A DNA stretch of 64,000 nt from Paecilomyces variotii (taxonomy: Eukaryota), in assembly GCA_004022145.1 (NCBI GenBank), contig RCNU01000002.1; one strand, written 5' to 3'. Shown here one piece after another: positions 25,425 through 37,955 of the stretch. Within the stretch, counting starts at the first letter, position 1. Every line of letters starts with the position of its first letter. The translations under genes were made by a program, and so were the position numbers. The notes below the pieces were generated by a model, which did not search any database, was not told the origin of the DNA, and saw only the letters and a program-made list of their open reading frames with translations.

Positions 25425-27305
25425 TCATTTCCTTTTCCCCTCTTGCACGCATTTCAGTGACCCATCTTGTACATGTTTTGCATCGTTCATAGCAGTCTGG
25501 CTCTTGGCTTTCTGGTCTGAACGAGCAGGCAACATACCCTCAATGAGGCCGAGTAGCATCCAAATGAACAGAATGACCAAAGTTGCAATCCCAACGCCAT
25601 GGACTGCCCACCAGATGTGCTGTACGCCAGCTTTGCACATAACGATATCGTACTTCCATTCATTGACCGCGGGATCGAAATCAAACCATACCGAGAGCAG
25701 ACCTGCATTACCGCCATATTCACCCATCATGGCGCGGAGCGTCACTTCGCGCACGGATGGAGTTTCCTGGTCTTCGAGAATACTGGCAGACTTCTCATAT
25801 CGTATAGCGTCCCACTTCCAGGATAGAGTCGAGGCGGTTGATTCTTCTCCTTTCTCTTCTCCTTCGTCGGCCTTGGTATCTATCTCAATGGATCGATTCA
25901 CGAAATGAACCACGTCACATCCAGTGTGGTCATGGCCATTTAAGATTACCCCATTGCGTCCTCGGCCCCCGGCAGGGACGTTACTATCACCGCTCATCCC
26001 GAAGATGCCTTGGAGAATGGCGCTGGCGCTGGCGTGATCGCTGAGATGATTCTGCTCCTTCAGCCCGCCTTCCCTGTATCGCGGGACACCGTCGTCTCCG
26101 TCTTCGTCGTCGGACTCGTGGAAAGAGAAATACGGCGCGTCGGTGCATATACCTTCCCTTTTATGCAATGGGACATGTGTCAGAAGGAGAGTAAATGAAC
26201 TCTCGTCTCCGACTGGGTATGAACGGTGTGAGATGACATCGTTGATATAATCATAACTTTGGCTTTGGATCTCCTGCGACAACGCCGGCACGTCCAAGGT
26301 GAGATCGTTCAAGTTGATAATGTGCAGTGTAGGTATTTTCGTCGTCGTGGAGGAATGATTTGTAGTAATAGCATCTACACCGTCGAGTGGGTGCTGGAAT
26401 CGTATGTCCCAGTTGGCACGACCGAAGACGCGCTCAAATCGCTCAAGTCGCGCTTCGCTCACATCTCCAGCATATCCGATATCGTGATTCCCAGCAATGT
26501 TGATGATCTTGCGCTCCCAGCTCGAATTATACCTCTCTAAAGTCTCCAATTGCGGTTGTTGTTGTTGTTGCTGCTGTCCTTCTTCTGCTGCTGCCTCCTG
26601 TAGGTTATTCTTATCATTATTATATCCCTTCTGGCCCGTGATTGTAATTTCATCATCGACCCTCTCCCCACCGGCAAAGACTCGATTCCAATATCTCCAT
26701 CCGCGCATCTCAAACTCTTCATCCGTCACCCATTGGCTTCCGATCAGATCTCCAAGAACCGTGACGTGCGTCGGACGACTCCACCAATGCAGCGTCCGGT
26801 AGATATGCGCGAGGTAATAATCGTTTCCAAAGAGATCTAGACGTTTCCTCGCGGCGCGCAACGAATCTGGTATATCCTCCCAGATAATCGTGCGTAATGC
26901 AGATTGAACCGCTTCAATCACGGTCACCGGGTCCGATTCCGACTCTGGGTCTAATGACACATTTCCCACTGCTGTTTCCTTGATAGTATCCCAATGTCGT
27001 ATGAGGCGCGGTACGAATTCATCTTCTGGACTTGGTAACGAACTGTCGCCTTCGAGTTGGGGGTCCGCGAGGACTAGTAGACGAAACACAGCGGGTGCCT
27101 CAGTTGTCGCGTGATCGGGCACGATATGCTGCAGGAGTGTGTTCACGAAGCCATTCGACCAGAGCGAAGACTGTCGCGCGTCGCGACTGGGGAGTGGAAA
27201 CGCGCAGCCATGAAATATTGGGTAAAGGTAGAGGTATATGGTGGACGCTATTGATAGCGGTAGCAGAATGACGAGGACCCGGGACAGGAGGGTGCGGAGA
27301 AACAT
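25425..27305 (-). CDS. TED1: Ted1/PGAP5-like metallophosphoesterase (GPI remodelling)
   Basis: Intronless 626 aa. N- and C-terminal TM segments; motifs LADPQLEG, LDLFGNDYYL, VLGDLIGSQWVTDEEF, IAGNHDIGY, THVPLHK, NGHDH, REVTLRAMMGEYGGNAGL. Confidence 0.85.
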   Translation of the reverse strand: MFLRTLLSRVLVILLPLSIASTIYLYLYPIFHGCAFPLPSRDARQSSLWSNGFVNTLLQHIVPDHATTEAPAVFRLLVLADPQLEGDSSLPSPEDEFVPRLIRHWDTIKETAVGNVSLDPESESDPVTVIEAVQSALRTIIWEDIPDSLRAARKRLDLFGNDYYLAHIYRTLHWWSRPTHVTVLGDLIGSQWVTDEEFEMRGWRYWNRVFAGGERVDDEITITGQKGYNNDKNNLQEAAAEEGQQQQQQQPQLETLERYNSSWERKIINIAGNHDIGYAGDVSEARLERFERVFGRANWDIRFQHPLDGVDAITTNHSSTTTKIPTLHIINLNDLTLDVPALSQEIQSQSYDYINDVISHRSYPVGDESSFTLLLTHVPLHKREGICTDAPYFSFHESDDEDGDDGVPRYREGGLKEQNHLSDHASASAILQGIFGMSGDSNVPAGGRGRNGVILNGHDHTGCDVVHFVNRSIEIDTKADEGEEKGEESTASTLSWKWDAIRYEKSASILEDQETPSVREVTLRAMMGEYGGNAGLLSVWFDFDPAVNEWKYDIVMCKAGVQHIWWAVHGVGIATLVILFIWMLLGLIEGMLPARSDQKAKSQTAMNDAKHVQDGSLKCVQEGKRK

Positions 27306-28009
27306 AGAGAAAGGAATGTGGTTAACGAGGCACGAATTTGAACATTGAAGAGTCCCATCACTGACGAAAAGAAAGACGACAAAGGAGCGGATGGAGGCCA
27401 GAGGTGCAGATGCTGCCGGTGGTAATCAGCGCGAAGTTTAGAAAAGGGGAAGCAAAGGGTTTCTGGTAAGTAATTATGCCGTCCCAACGACAGACTGCGA
27501 GCCGAATACCGAGGATTCGGCTTGCCGAGCAAATGGATGGATTCCACGAACACGATGAAGAAGAGTCTATTACTTGAGAATGCTCAATCTCGAATTCGGC
27601 TACAATAGGAATACTGATGTTGTTTTTTGATTTTTTCTCTTGAGAACAGGAATTACAATATGGCATTAAATAATCGAGCTATACGTATGCGTCATGTTTC
27701 CCTGTGTCTAACCAAGGGGAGTGTCCGTTAAACAATCTCCTTCCATTCGCCAGTAATGGAGCTATATAATGTGCCTTCCTCCAAAGATTATATTTGATCA
27801 TGTCATAAGAACCGAAGAAAATAGAAAGTCGCCACAGCGACCTCCAAATGAAGGGTATATCTCGTAGAACGCCTTTGTAACTAGTTATTCCGACGTTTCC
27901 AAGGGTGTAATAAAAGGGGCGTAAGACCGGCCGCAAATGCGGAAAATATGGTTCAGGAATTCGAAAGACGTTCCAGCAAAGCGCTGAAGGCCGTCAAGAA
28001 GAATAGAAA

Positions 28010-31000
28010 TTAGTAATTTGTCTCCGAGCGCTGCTCTGATGTCGTCGACTCGGCAAGGGATTCTGGAAGCAGGGAACTGGGACCGGTATCGATTTTCGCA
28101 AGACTGCTAAACTGTGGTTTCTCGCCATCGCTTTTCTCACCGTCCAGAGACTTCTCAAAACTGAGACCGTGTATCATTAACCCTTTGTCTTCATCCTTAG
28201 AAGAATCGGTAGTTTCCTTAGCAGTTTCCTTTCCTTGCTCAGTCAGCCCGGGCAGCGGAGGACGCTGGTTCAAGAGACGAGCTTGCTTCAGACTGATGGT
28301 CTTTTGCTTGTTTGTCATTTCAACCGGCAAATTCGGGTCTCGTTCGATGGTTGCTTTCATCAAGGCAGCCATCCACAATCGCCCCTGCTTGATGCTATCC
28401 ACCTGGAAATAATGGATTGCAGGCTTGGTGAACTGCACAGAGCGGGACATCTTCGGCGGCACCAATTTGAAGATGAAGGGGCCATCAGCTCCTAACTTGG
28501 AGCGAGATGTGATGTCGGAAGAACTTGCTTGGTCGGACACACCCAGGTCGACAGAGCCGGAGCCAGTTCCCGGAACCGGAGATGCGTTCGCACCGGTAAT
28601 AGTCGCATGGAGCGCAGTAAGTGGTTCTGAATCTGCACGGAGAACACGGTGACCCGTGATGTCAATGAGCCCCCGTTCCTCCGTATCATCCTCTGAGTAG
28701 TAATAAGAGAGGCGACGGCCGCGCAAGACAAAGAGACGCGGCTTCCACGTAGTCATCAGATGGGACGACTTCTTCTTCATCCACCCGCTAAACTCACAAT
28801 TCAACATCTGCTCCTGGGGCGTCTTCTTTTCAAGTCCACGTATGTAAGCGCTTGTGTCCTTCTTCGACTTAGGTGCGGCCTTGGTCGAGGTTCTTGGTCG
28901 AGGTATGAGGAGGGCATCGCCTGTCTTGCCAGAACCGTCAGTGCTCTGGCGCTCAGAACTCTTGGACGTTGCAGACGGGGTCGTTGATCCCGTTCTTGCG
29001 GTTGACAGGCTCGATTCCTTGACCGGAGACGTTGGCGTATCGGGAATATTTGGAGTCTTTCCGTTACTTGTTGAGGCGTCCGATGCTGCGCGAAGGCCTA
29101 CAGCACGACGGAACTTAGGCCCGACACCCTTGATCTGTTGAAACGGCATAGAAGAAGAAGAGCGGCTGGAGTTGTCGCCGTCGGTTCTACCCGATAGAGG
29201 AGAGAACGCAGAGAAGAATCCAGAACTGGGAGCCGGCTTCTCTGCCAGGTTAGTCACAATGGGAGTGGTCGAGTTGGAGCTTTGGCTCTGTTTTTCAGAA
29301 AAGCGACCGCTCGAGCTCCTGAAGCGACCTTTGATGGAGCCACTGTGATAAACTTTGGCAGCCGAGGAAACATGTAGCATATCCCTGATCGACTCTGCGC
29401 TACTGAAACGAGAATGTCGCTTGTTCATCGGGCTCTTCCGAAGGGATTCTTCATTATAGCTGGATTTCCGGGAATGAGCGATGCTCTCCACCATCGACCC
29501 TCGCTTCTGCAAGACTCTACGGCCTCTGCGCGATTCAACTTCACCTCCAGAAAAGTATCCGCGGTCTAGCTCGTCGAAACGGGCAGCAATCGAGATCCCA
29601 GAATCGAATTCTCGCGAATCCGCGCCATGAAGAGCCTGCGGAGGCTGTTTCTCATTTGATGGGCCGACGGAGGTTCCCGGACGGGAGAGTCCTTGTGCGG
29701 CCGTCGACATTGTCCAGCCCCGGTCGAAAGAAGGTTGTTTACGATGTGGCTGATCCTGAAACACAGGGGATCCTGTCGTGTCGATTGAGGAGTGACGGCG
29801 GGTGTGGTTGATATCCCGAATCGACGCTGCGGACGGTCTCGCAAAGGACGTCAACGGAGATGGCGGATTGCTCCGCTGGCTCTGTCTCGACTGCACGGGG
29901 GTGGAACTTCGCGCTTGATGGTAGCTTGAGGTTTTCTCAGACAAACTAGGAATGCGTGGGAGGAAAGTTCCATTGCCTGCCCGACTCATGGCGCGTTCGG
30001 GAGAGGCATCGCGGCCGGAGTAGCTCGACACTGACCCTCGAGGCTGTCCGAATCCCTTGATCTCTTCCTGGAAGGCTTTGATTTTGTGCCATGTCTTTAG
30101 TCGTCTGCCCATAACACCGAAGTCGAACTCCTTCATAAACAAGAACTCTTGGTCCATTTCCAACAAGACATCACCGGTGATCTCCTGTTCTTGGAAAATA
30201 TCACAGTGCTTCTGCTCGACACCAATATTCCGTAGCTGCTTAGCAGTTTCGATGTGGCTCCATTTTCGCACCTGTTCCTCAGTAGGCTGACTTTCCTCTT
30301 CCTCATCGGTCTCATGGCCGTGGATATAAGATAGCCGGTGGCCGATGTGGCTGCTGTATTCGCTTCCAGAATCGTTGACGGGTTTCAGCTCCTGGCCAGC
30401 AACACTATGGCGAGGCGTACTGAGGTCGGTTATATGCTCGTCGATCACACTCAACGTTTCGTTCATCACAGGACTGTCCTCTCCGTTGAATGGGCTATGC
30501 AGCGAATCCCTGATCGTCCTCTGGATTCCGACGGCTAGAGAATTCGTGGACGGCAGTGGAGAAGAGCTGGATCTTTTTGATTGCTTTGGGGATTGAGCAG
30601 CCGCGGGGAACTCCAGAGAGGAGGCCAGTATCCCTGAAGTACTCGCGTGTCGGGACCCCTGAGGAGTCATATCTGCATTGCCAGACCCCGGGCGGCTTTC
30701 TTCATCGTCTGCAGTGCCCACAGTCGAGCTCGGGCTTGCGTCTTCTGTACTGTCTGCAGTGGAAATGATAGATGGAGCAGGCTCAGTCATGACCTTGCGG
30801 ATGCTTATCTTCGGTGCCGGGGTTGTGTAGACTATGACACATTAGCTGCCAGTCATCGCTCTTAGCACTGAAGAGAACTCACTTCCAGGGAAAAGGCCCG
30901 TTGTGCCATTCGCCATGTGCTTCCCAAGATACCATCCATCCCCAAACCCTTCATCTAGCTCCACCAGTTCGACCTTGTCGCCACGACGCAAAGTGAGTTC

Positions 31001-31203
31001 GTCCGCTCCCCGCGCATCGAAGTCATCTAGGCAACAGCATATGTCAGTACATTCAGGACGACGAAAGCAACAGGAAAGTGCACAGTTGCGAAGCAGCGTA
31101 AGATGCGCCACGAGCGGGGAGTCGCAGCGCCCAAGGCAGACTTACGAACAACAAGCAACAGGTCTCCAGGGCGTACCCCACGCGGTGGTTCCATTTGAGC
31201 CAT
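28010..31203 (-). CDS. BOI2: Polarity scaffold Boi1/Boi2/Pob1-like (SH3-SAM-PH)
   Basis: Exons 31203-31146, 31026-30883, 30831-28010. SH3 (HDFDARGADELTLRRGDKV...GWYLG...GLFP), SAM (WSHIETAKQL...QEITGDVLL), PH (FSGWMKKK...WKPRLFVLRGRRLSYY). Confidence 0.9.
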
Positions 31204-32426
31204 TATTGATAGTATAGATCCCTGCGACAAAGGCCCTTAATCCGTGAAGTCGACCGTCAAAGCGCACCGCTGCAATGATCGAATGGGACGGATGATGCGG
31301 GACATGGAGCAAAGAACCCGGCCCTTTCAAGAATTTTCGGGGGCGTTTGTAGACAAACCCGGGCGATGTTTCGTTCTGTTCCAAAGCGGTTTGCCGATTA
31401 TTGTGGATAAGCCACCAGTAATGGAAGGGCCAGAACGCGGGACGAGAGGCGAGACCCGTCTGCTGTCAATCTTGTTCTCCGGGACAGATGAAGCAACCGA
31501 AGGGACGAACAGAAGGTAACAGCAAGATTAGAATAATTATATAGAGCGTATGCGCTGGACAGGATGGTGGACCGGGGGTTCAAGGGGTCCGCCGGGGTGA
31601 GGCCCTCTCCGACGATAGATATCGCTTAGATGATGAGGCGCTTTGCTGGACGCTGTCGTGGCCCCGTCGCAACACGCAGGGGAGTCGAGAGTCCGAATGA
31701 GAAAGCAGCAACGACAACACGAAATAAAAATACAACAAAGGAGAGGCTGCTGAAACGAGCGCGGGCGTGTCGCCGGGTCCTGGTGGCGGGGGATAGCACA
31801 AAACACCGGATGGACGCTCGTCTCTGGCGAGAGAGGGGGGAAAGATCAGGAGTTCACACGTGCGATCGGGGCGTGGCGCGTTAAGTTACTAGGTGAGTAT
31901 TAGTTATATGTCACAATGTCGTGTTTGCCGTTGAGTCGCAACAATGATAGTAACAATGTGACCGGGAGACATTAAGTAAATAAATAAATATGATGTTCCT
32001 GGCCCTGACTAGCCCTGCACAAGAGTCGACAGCCAACAGTCCACAGCAGAAGGACAGCTTGCTGGGGTGACGAGACCGTGGACTGCGATCGAGACCGAGG
32101 CTGAGGAATCTGACGAAGTTGACGATGTGACGGAAGCAGACGGAGGCTTGACTCTGCGAACGTGGTCAGTGCCAAACAGTCGAAGCTCAGACGTCCTAAT
32201 CGCCAGGGGCTTGGAAGATCGCCAAGGATGAGCAGAACTGCTTGGGGGATGGATTTTCTCTCGACGAGCGCAAAATGCTAGCAGATCGATAGTTGCCGGA
32301 GGCTTGCAAGTTGTTGGCCCACCGAGTGCGGCGGCAAAAAGGCCTGGAATTGGATCGAGAGGCGATCGACCATTAATTCGACGGAGCCGGAACGAGAGAG
32401 GCGAGAATGATAATTCATCGACTTAT

Positions 32427-32460
32427 AATAATAATAATAATAATAAATATAATAAATATA
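32427..32460. repeat. (AAT)n microsatellite, partly degenerate
   Basis: Directly visible AAT run in the BOI-MIZ intergenic region. Confidence 0.85.
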
Positions 32461-33427
32461 ACAATACTGTATCTGACAGTTATGACTCCTATACCATAGA
32501 CTCTTAGCAGTGATGATAAGGATCATGGTGGCTACTCTAGGCTGTCTTAAGACGGTGAGTATAACTAGCGTACTGGTAGAGGAGCAGCATTCTCTGATAT
32601 CTATCCCACATACTTTAATTTCGCCTCTCCTAAGTTATCTTTTTTCCATCCTATGCTATGCTCTGCTCTGCTCTATCCTGTCCTACCCCCCTTTTCTCCT
32701 CGAAACAACGCGTCAGTAGACGTAAGAATAGACGCTTCTCGCTTTTAGAACACACTTAACTACCCCTCCCATGCTTGTCATCCATTACGGCTTCTTCCAG
32801 CGTTTTGCGCCGTCGTCCAGCGCTAACCTGGAGCCAATCGCGTAGGCAGAGACAGCTGTCCGGCGTTCGTCTTTATTTTAGGACGATGATATGCCAACCA
32901 TAAGAGATGCCGCCCAACGGTCGTTCTCCCCACCGCAGCCTGGGGTCTATGGTAGAAAGAAAATCAACAGACATCCCAGCGTTTGTCCTTTTATTATTAT
33001 TAGCCCTCATGTAACATGCAATGATCCGGAAAATCACCCAAAGGAACTGTCTGAAGCTGCTGTATCGCTCCGTCCACAGTGGAGCCGTCGAGCGTCCCAT
33101 CCAAGTTGTCGTCTAACTTGGCGTGTTGAAGCAGTTCCTGAACCAAGCGCTTCACCCACTACTGCTTGCCCACCGCCTGGAGGATCTGCACTTTCGTTTG
33201 ACAGCTTCATTCACCGTTCTTTGCGATTTGGCCAGGGCTCGATCCTTTTGGTTGAATTTCACCGTGCCCTCACTTTCTGCTCTTCTCCCCAAGACACCGC
33301 ACCACGGCGGTCATAGAATTAATCGGCTTCGATCTCGAATTCTGCGCCACTCACTCCTCACAAGACCATCAATTTCCACGGTGATCGCCTCCACTGCTGG
33401 GCGATTCTACCATGTACAATCTTCATA

Positions 33428-36400
33428 ATGAGTTCAAGGGAACAGCAGAATGGCCAGACGTTTAATACAGCAGCAGGACGGGCTTTTGAGACTTCCAACT
33501 CTACGCTGAACAAGTTTCTAGGTGGCACGCGGAAGGCCTGGATGTCAGGAGGTGCTCCTCCTCACCACCACCCACCGACGCCAACGCGAAACAAGGTGAA
33601 CAGCCAGAATAGACCTGTGGGCGCGCCTGGACAAATATCATCTCCCGCCAGCACAACGCCCGCAAATGCCCAACGGCCGTCCAATGGTCCTGCCGCACTA
33701 CAGACCGTCAGCAGCACCATCACGACAGACAGCACGCCCATCTCTCCCATCACTCCAGTCCAGAAACACTCCAACATCCCAGTGTCGATCAAACAGTCGC
33801 CTCCTTTTGAACCACCACTACCGGACCGTGGTCTTCCTTCCGCAGCCCGAGATGTCGGCCAAATCTCAGTCCTTCCGTCGCCTGAACCAAGCAATGGTTC
33901 TCGCACGAGTCCTGCCGTTGTGGTCGACGCAGAGAGAGGCAATAGAGAAGCGGAGTTGATGGTGCTCCAATCCAGACTAGGCCAGGTCGAATCTGTCTCT
34001 GCTGTGAATGGAAGTCAGGCGGGCAATACAGAGAGTTTCGCGGCCACCTGTGAAGCAGATTTGGCTGCGTCCGGCTCTGTTCAACCTCAGAGTATGGCTA
34101 GCCTATCGACCCATCAGGCTGTACACAGGGATAAGCGGCCGAGGATCGAGACTGCTCGTTTGCCAGTATCACATACGGCGCCGTCCCCGGTTGGCTTGGC
34201 GGAGAACCAGACGTTTGGTGCGAGTTCTCCCTCAGCGTCTTCAGACGACAATTTCTGGGATTGCTATTTGAGTGCATTATCTCAGCTAGAGAAAGCCTCG
34301 TGGACTTTTTCTCTATCCGAATCAGTGGAATTGCCGCGGGTACGACTTCTGCAGGAGGCCTGCCGATCAAAAGACCTGTTCTACGTAACTCTGCATCAAG
34401 TATTTTGTCTCCATACATTCGCGCTATCAGAATTCGCCAGGTTAACTGGCTTTTCAACCTCTCAAGCATCCGCGCTTGAAATCATCAAGCAGCTTCTCCT
34501 AGACAATAGGCGACTCTCCGGGGATTTCCTGAAGTGGTGTGTCAACTTCCCATTCCCAATGTCCCGTATGTTGCAAAATGTGAAGTATAGAGGTACTTTA
34601 CAGCAGATCGGACAGTCTCTATCACTATTGTCTGTGAAGTGGGTATCCTTTGAGCAAGAGATAAGAAGACGTTCATATCCTCCACTTATCGATGAGTTGG
34701 TACTGCAGTTCCATATCACCTCATCCACGCTGCAGAGCGTCATATTTACAGCCATATGCCGTCGCCATCTACAGGCAAGAGATGATGATCGTCTTCGGCA
34801 ATTCCTGTCACTTTTTGAACGCAACCGAAAATATTATCTGCGTCGGTTTGCAGATCCCCAACATCCAGTCAGCACGGAGCATATGCAGAAGGAAAACGAG
34901 GATCTTATTAGGGGATATCACTCGCTCTGGGTACAATTTGCTCCCAGAAATGAAATCCATCCAGCACCAAGTCATTCGCCGGTAGCGACACAACGAGCAG
35001 GGCAGATGGCTTCTGGAGCCGTTCCTGCGGCCCCCGCCCATGCTACTTCTCTAGCAAGGAACAGTGTACGACCATCACTCCAGTCACCGCCGATACAGCA
35101 ACTCCCTTCACAATCATATTCTCAAAGTATTGCTCCGTCCCAGGCGCCGCCTGCACACGGCAGACCAAATGCGCCAGCCAATCCTACTGGATTGGGTCCC
35201 AATAACCTTGTCTCTCCTATTCAGATGCCAGCAGGCCAGCATATTCCTCAGGACCTATCTCCTACCTACTTCCCACAGCAGGGCGTTGCCTCACAAGGAC
35301 AATATCAGAACTCGCCTCAGTTCCAGTCTCCTCACTATATGCCACCGGCATATATTGTCCCGAGCCAGCAAATGCCATCACAGATGACACGGACACCTCA
35401 GATCGCACAACCCTCACGAGGACGAGGCCGTCCTCGTCGTGTTCCATCACATATCCAAACCAGTGCACCTGTTCCTGTGGTCTCCAGTTTACCTGCCGTT
35501 AGTCCTATGGATAACCGGTTTATCCCGAATTACCCGGCCACGCAAATGGTCCAGCGACAGCCCGCTGCGGCTCTTCCTTCTCCGCGACAAGGACCTATCG
35601 ATCGGCATCTGCTTCCGGCACCAGGCGCTCTTCCGCCCCCTCGTGCCCATCCTAGCCCTCTCTACGCCTCTATTCATCAGTTGCACCTGCGAGATCCAGC
35701 CAGGAGACTGGTTCATCAAGGGCCTAACGGAGAAGAGGAAGGAGAGCTCTTCCAGTACCTGCATTCTTTCGCCGTCAAACCAACTTGTCTAGGCCAGACG
35801 GAAATCATCTTTCGATTCACGTTCGATGTGTCCAATGATACCTTTAGAAAACTGCCCCAGGATACAAGGTTTCCAGATGGCCGGCGAGCGACAAGGGTAC
35901 TATCTAATGGCAATCGCCTGTATCGCCTGCGCTGTGTTAAGGTGGCTCCTTCATCACAGGACATCGGTGAGAACTCGTGGGCTATTGCTGAATCTGTATG
36001 GCCCAGTGTCTTTTACCTTCATGTCAACGGCAAGGAAATGTTCGTTCGCCGAAAAGCGCACCATGCCAAAGATCTACCTCTGGACATCACGCCTAACCTG
36101 AAAGAAGGTAACAATGAATTTACGCTTCATTTCTTGCGGAGTCCAGAGGAACGCGGTAACCTGGTCTATGCTCTAGCCGTTGAGGTCTTAGAGATAGCTG
36201 ATCTGGAACACACTAAGAAATTGGTTCAGCCTCTTGCGGCACCTGAGTCACGCCTTCAAATCCAGAAACGGCTTTCGGTCAGCACTGCTGACGACGAGCT
36301 GTCTGTCGTAAATGACTACATAGCTATCGAATTGGTTGATCCATTTATGGCGCGGATCTTTGATGTACCGGCTCGCGGCAGAACTTGCAAACACCAAGAA

Positions 36401-36772
36401 TGCTTCGATCTCGACGCCTTCCTCAGTACCCGTGTTTCCAAAAGCGGCAGCGATCCTATGAAGGAAAACTGGAAGTGTCCCATCTGCGGAGGAGATTGTC
36501 GTCCATCGAATCTTATCATCGATAACTTTCTTGCTGACGTACGAGCGGAGCTGCTGCGTAGTGGCAAGTTGGAAGAGACTAGGGCCATCCACGTCAAAGC
36601 AGACGGAACATGGCAGCCAAAGATTGATCAGGACCTCAAAATAGAAACCAGAGTCCCTGCGAAACGTAAGCTTTCGGAGATGGGCGATGTGACACCTCTT
36701 AGGTCCAAAAGTGAGAGCACCGGGGGCACTCCACGAGTTGCCAAAGCTGCCGAGATTATTGAGCTTGACTAA
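33428..36772 (+). CDS. MIZ/SP-RING zinc finger protein (ZMIZ/PIAS-like) with AT-hook-like motif
   Basis: Intronless 1114 aa. SP-RING (LVDPFMARIFDVPARGRTCKHQECFDL...WKCPIC), GRGRPRR, and a SIM-like end EIIELD. Confidence 0.9.
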   Translation: MSSREQQNGQTFNTAAGRAFETSNSTLNKFLGGTRKAWMSGGAPPHHHPPTPTRNKVNSQNRPVGAPGQISSPASTTPANAQRPSNGPAALQTVSSTITTDSTPISPITPVQKHSNIPVSIKQSPPFEPPLPDRGLPSAARDVGQISVLPSPEPSNGSRTSPAVVVDAERGNREAELMVLQSRLGQVESVSAVNGSQAGNTESFAATCEADLAASGSVQPQSMASLSTHQAVHRDKRPRIETARLPVSHTAPSPVGLAENQTFGASSPSASSDDNFWDCYLSALSQLEKASWTFSLSESVELPRVRLLQEACRSKDLFYVTLHQVFCLHTFALSEFARLTGFSTSQASALEIIKQLLLDNRRLSGDFLKWCVNFPFPMSRMLQNVKYRGTLQQIGQSLSLLSVKWVSFEQEIRRRSYPPLIDELVLQFHITSSTLQSVIFTAICRRHLQARDDDRLRQFLSLFERNRKYYLRRFADPQHPVSTEHMQKENEDLIRGYHSLWVQFAPRNEIHPAPSHSPVATQRAGQMASGAVPAAPAHATSLARNSVRPSLQSPPIQQLPSQSYSQSIAPSQAPPAHGRPNAPANPTGLGPNNLVSPIQMPAGQHIPQDLSPTYFPQQGVASQGQYQNSPQFQSPHYMPPAYIVPSQQMPSQMTRTPQIAQPSRGRGRPRRVPSHIQTSAPVPVVSSLPAVSPMDNRFIPNYPATQMVQRQPAAALPSPRQGPIDRHLLPAPGALPPPRAHPSPLYASIHQLHLRDPARRLVHQGPNGEEEGELFQYLHSFAVKPTCLGQTEIIFRFTFDVSNDTFRKLPQDTRFPDGRRATRVLSNGNRLYRLRCVKVAPSSQDIGENSWAIAESVWPSVFYLHVNGKEMFVRRKAHHAKDLPLDITPNLKEGNNEFTLHFLRSPEERGNLVYALAVEVLEIADLEHTKKLVQPLAAPESRLQIQKRLSVSTADDELSVVNDYIAIELVDPFMARIFDVPARGRTCKHQECFDLDAFLSTRVSKSGSDPMKENWKCPICGGDCRPSNLIIDNFLADVRAELLRSGKLEETRAIHVKADGTWQPKIDQDLKIETRVPAKRKLSEMGDVTPLRSKSESTGGTPRVAKAAEIIELD

Positions 36773-37291
36773 CCACCCAGCTCCATATCTACTGTGCGGG
36801 CTAGATGAGACGAGAAGTGGTCCTCGTCGGGCGTCTGTCTGTATGGTACAACACCTTAGCATTGGTCGGCGCATATGGATTTGGCTCTGTTTTCTTCCAA
36901 TTATTTGCGAGTTGCTATGTATGGATACCCCAAAGTCGTGTGTTTCCTTTCGGTTATATTATTTTCTCGACCTGCACCAATCCAATCGTGCAGGTTCTTT
37001 TTTCACTACTTGCTAGAAACAAGGAAAAGGCTATCTGTATCCCCTGGTATTCCTTCTGTTCTATACCCTTATAATCATGCATATACACATAAGAAAACCG
37101 AAAAGGCAGGAGTATAGAGCGCAAAACAGAAGGAGAGAAAAGAAATTAATCACAAGACGAAACGAATTTTTTATATTAGCATTTTACTTCTCTTCTTCCT
37201 CTTCTTCTATATTAGCATACGCTTTGATCACTTCCCCCATTTTCTATACGGAGGTAATCACAGAGCAAAAGGTCCCTGATGCCCGAATTTT

Positions 37292-37293
<2 letters not shown>

Positions 37294-37340
<47 letters not shown>
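37294..37340. repeat. (TA)n microsatellite, about 23 units
   Basis: Pure TA run between two convergent genes. Confidence 0.95.
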
Positions 37341-37342
<2 letters not shown>

Positions 37343-37955
37343 ATTTCTATGCCCTTATATTTATATATCCCTGATGATAATAGTATAATGGTGGTGGAGA
37401 ACCTACATTGTAGATTCGGGCTAGATAGTAGTGGGATTTTCTCCCAAGCAACATTGCATTGTATGATCGGGCCCCATACCATACCTTAATGTATGCACAC
37501 GAGAGGAAGCTGCTTTGCAGATGTGGTTTACAATCCACAATGCTTCATTATTACTGCGATGAACATATTTTTATAGTTTATAATAAAAGCCATTAGTTAG
37601 TTATACTGTATTTAATGTGATAGGGGACAGAAATCACTACTAACTACTAGGATGCGGTGGAGCAAGAAGATTGAAAAATAAAAGATATATATACACAAAG
37701 AAAAATAGGCCCTGCCTTTTCATTTTCTTTCGAGTATTCTTCATATATCAGATTCCATGGTCGCCTGGTTTTTCTTGGCCGTTATCATTTGATCACAGAA
37801 CCAATAAAGATTATTACAATAGTATACATGTCTGGTTATATCGTCATTGTGTTCACGAAGTGAACATTCACAGAGAGGTATCGGCACGGCCGAACTTCAT
37901 CTCTGCTGAGCATATGGTCCGCCTGAAGCCGCCCTTTTTCTTTCGTCCCTTCAGA

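Noticed and set aside
25425-31203. Single fused BOI-TED1 gene
   Set aside because: BOI ends at its own TAA (28010), and TED1 has its own ATG and N-terminal TM about 700 bp later.
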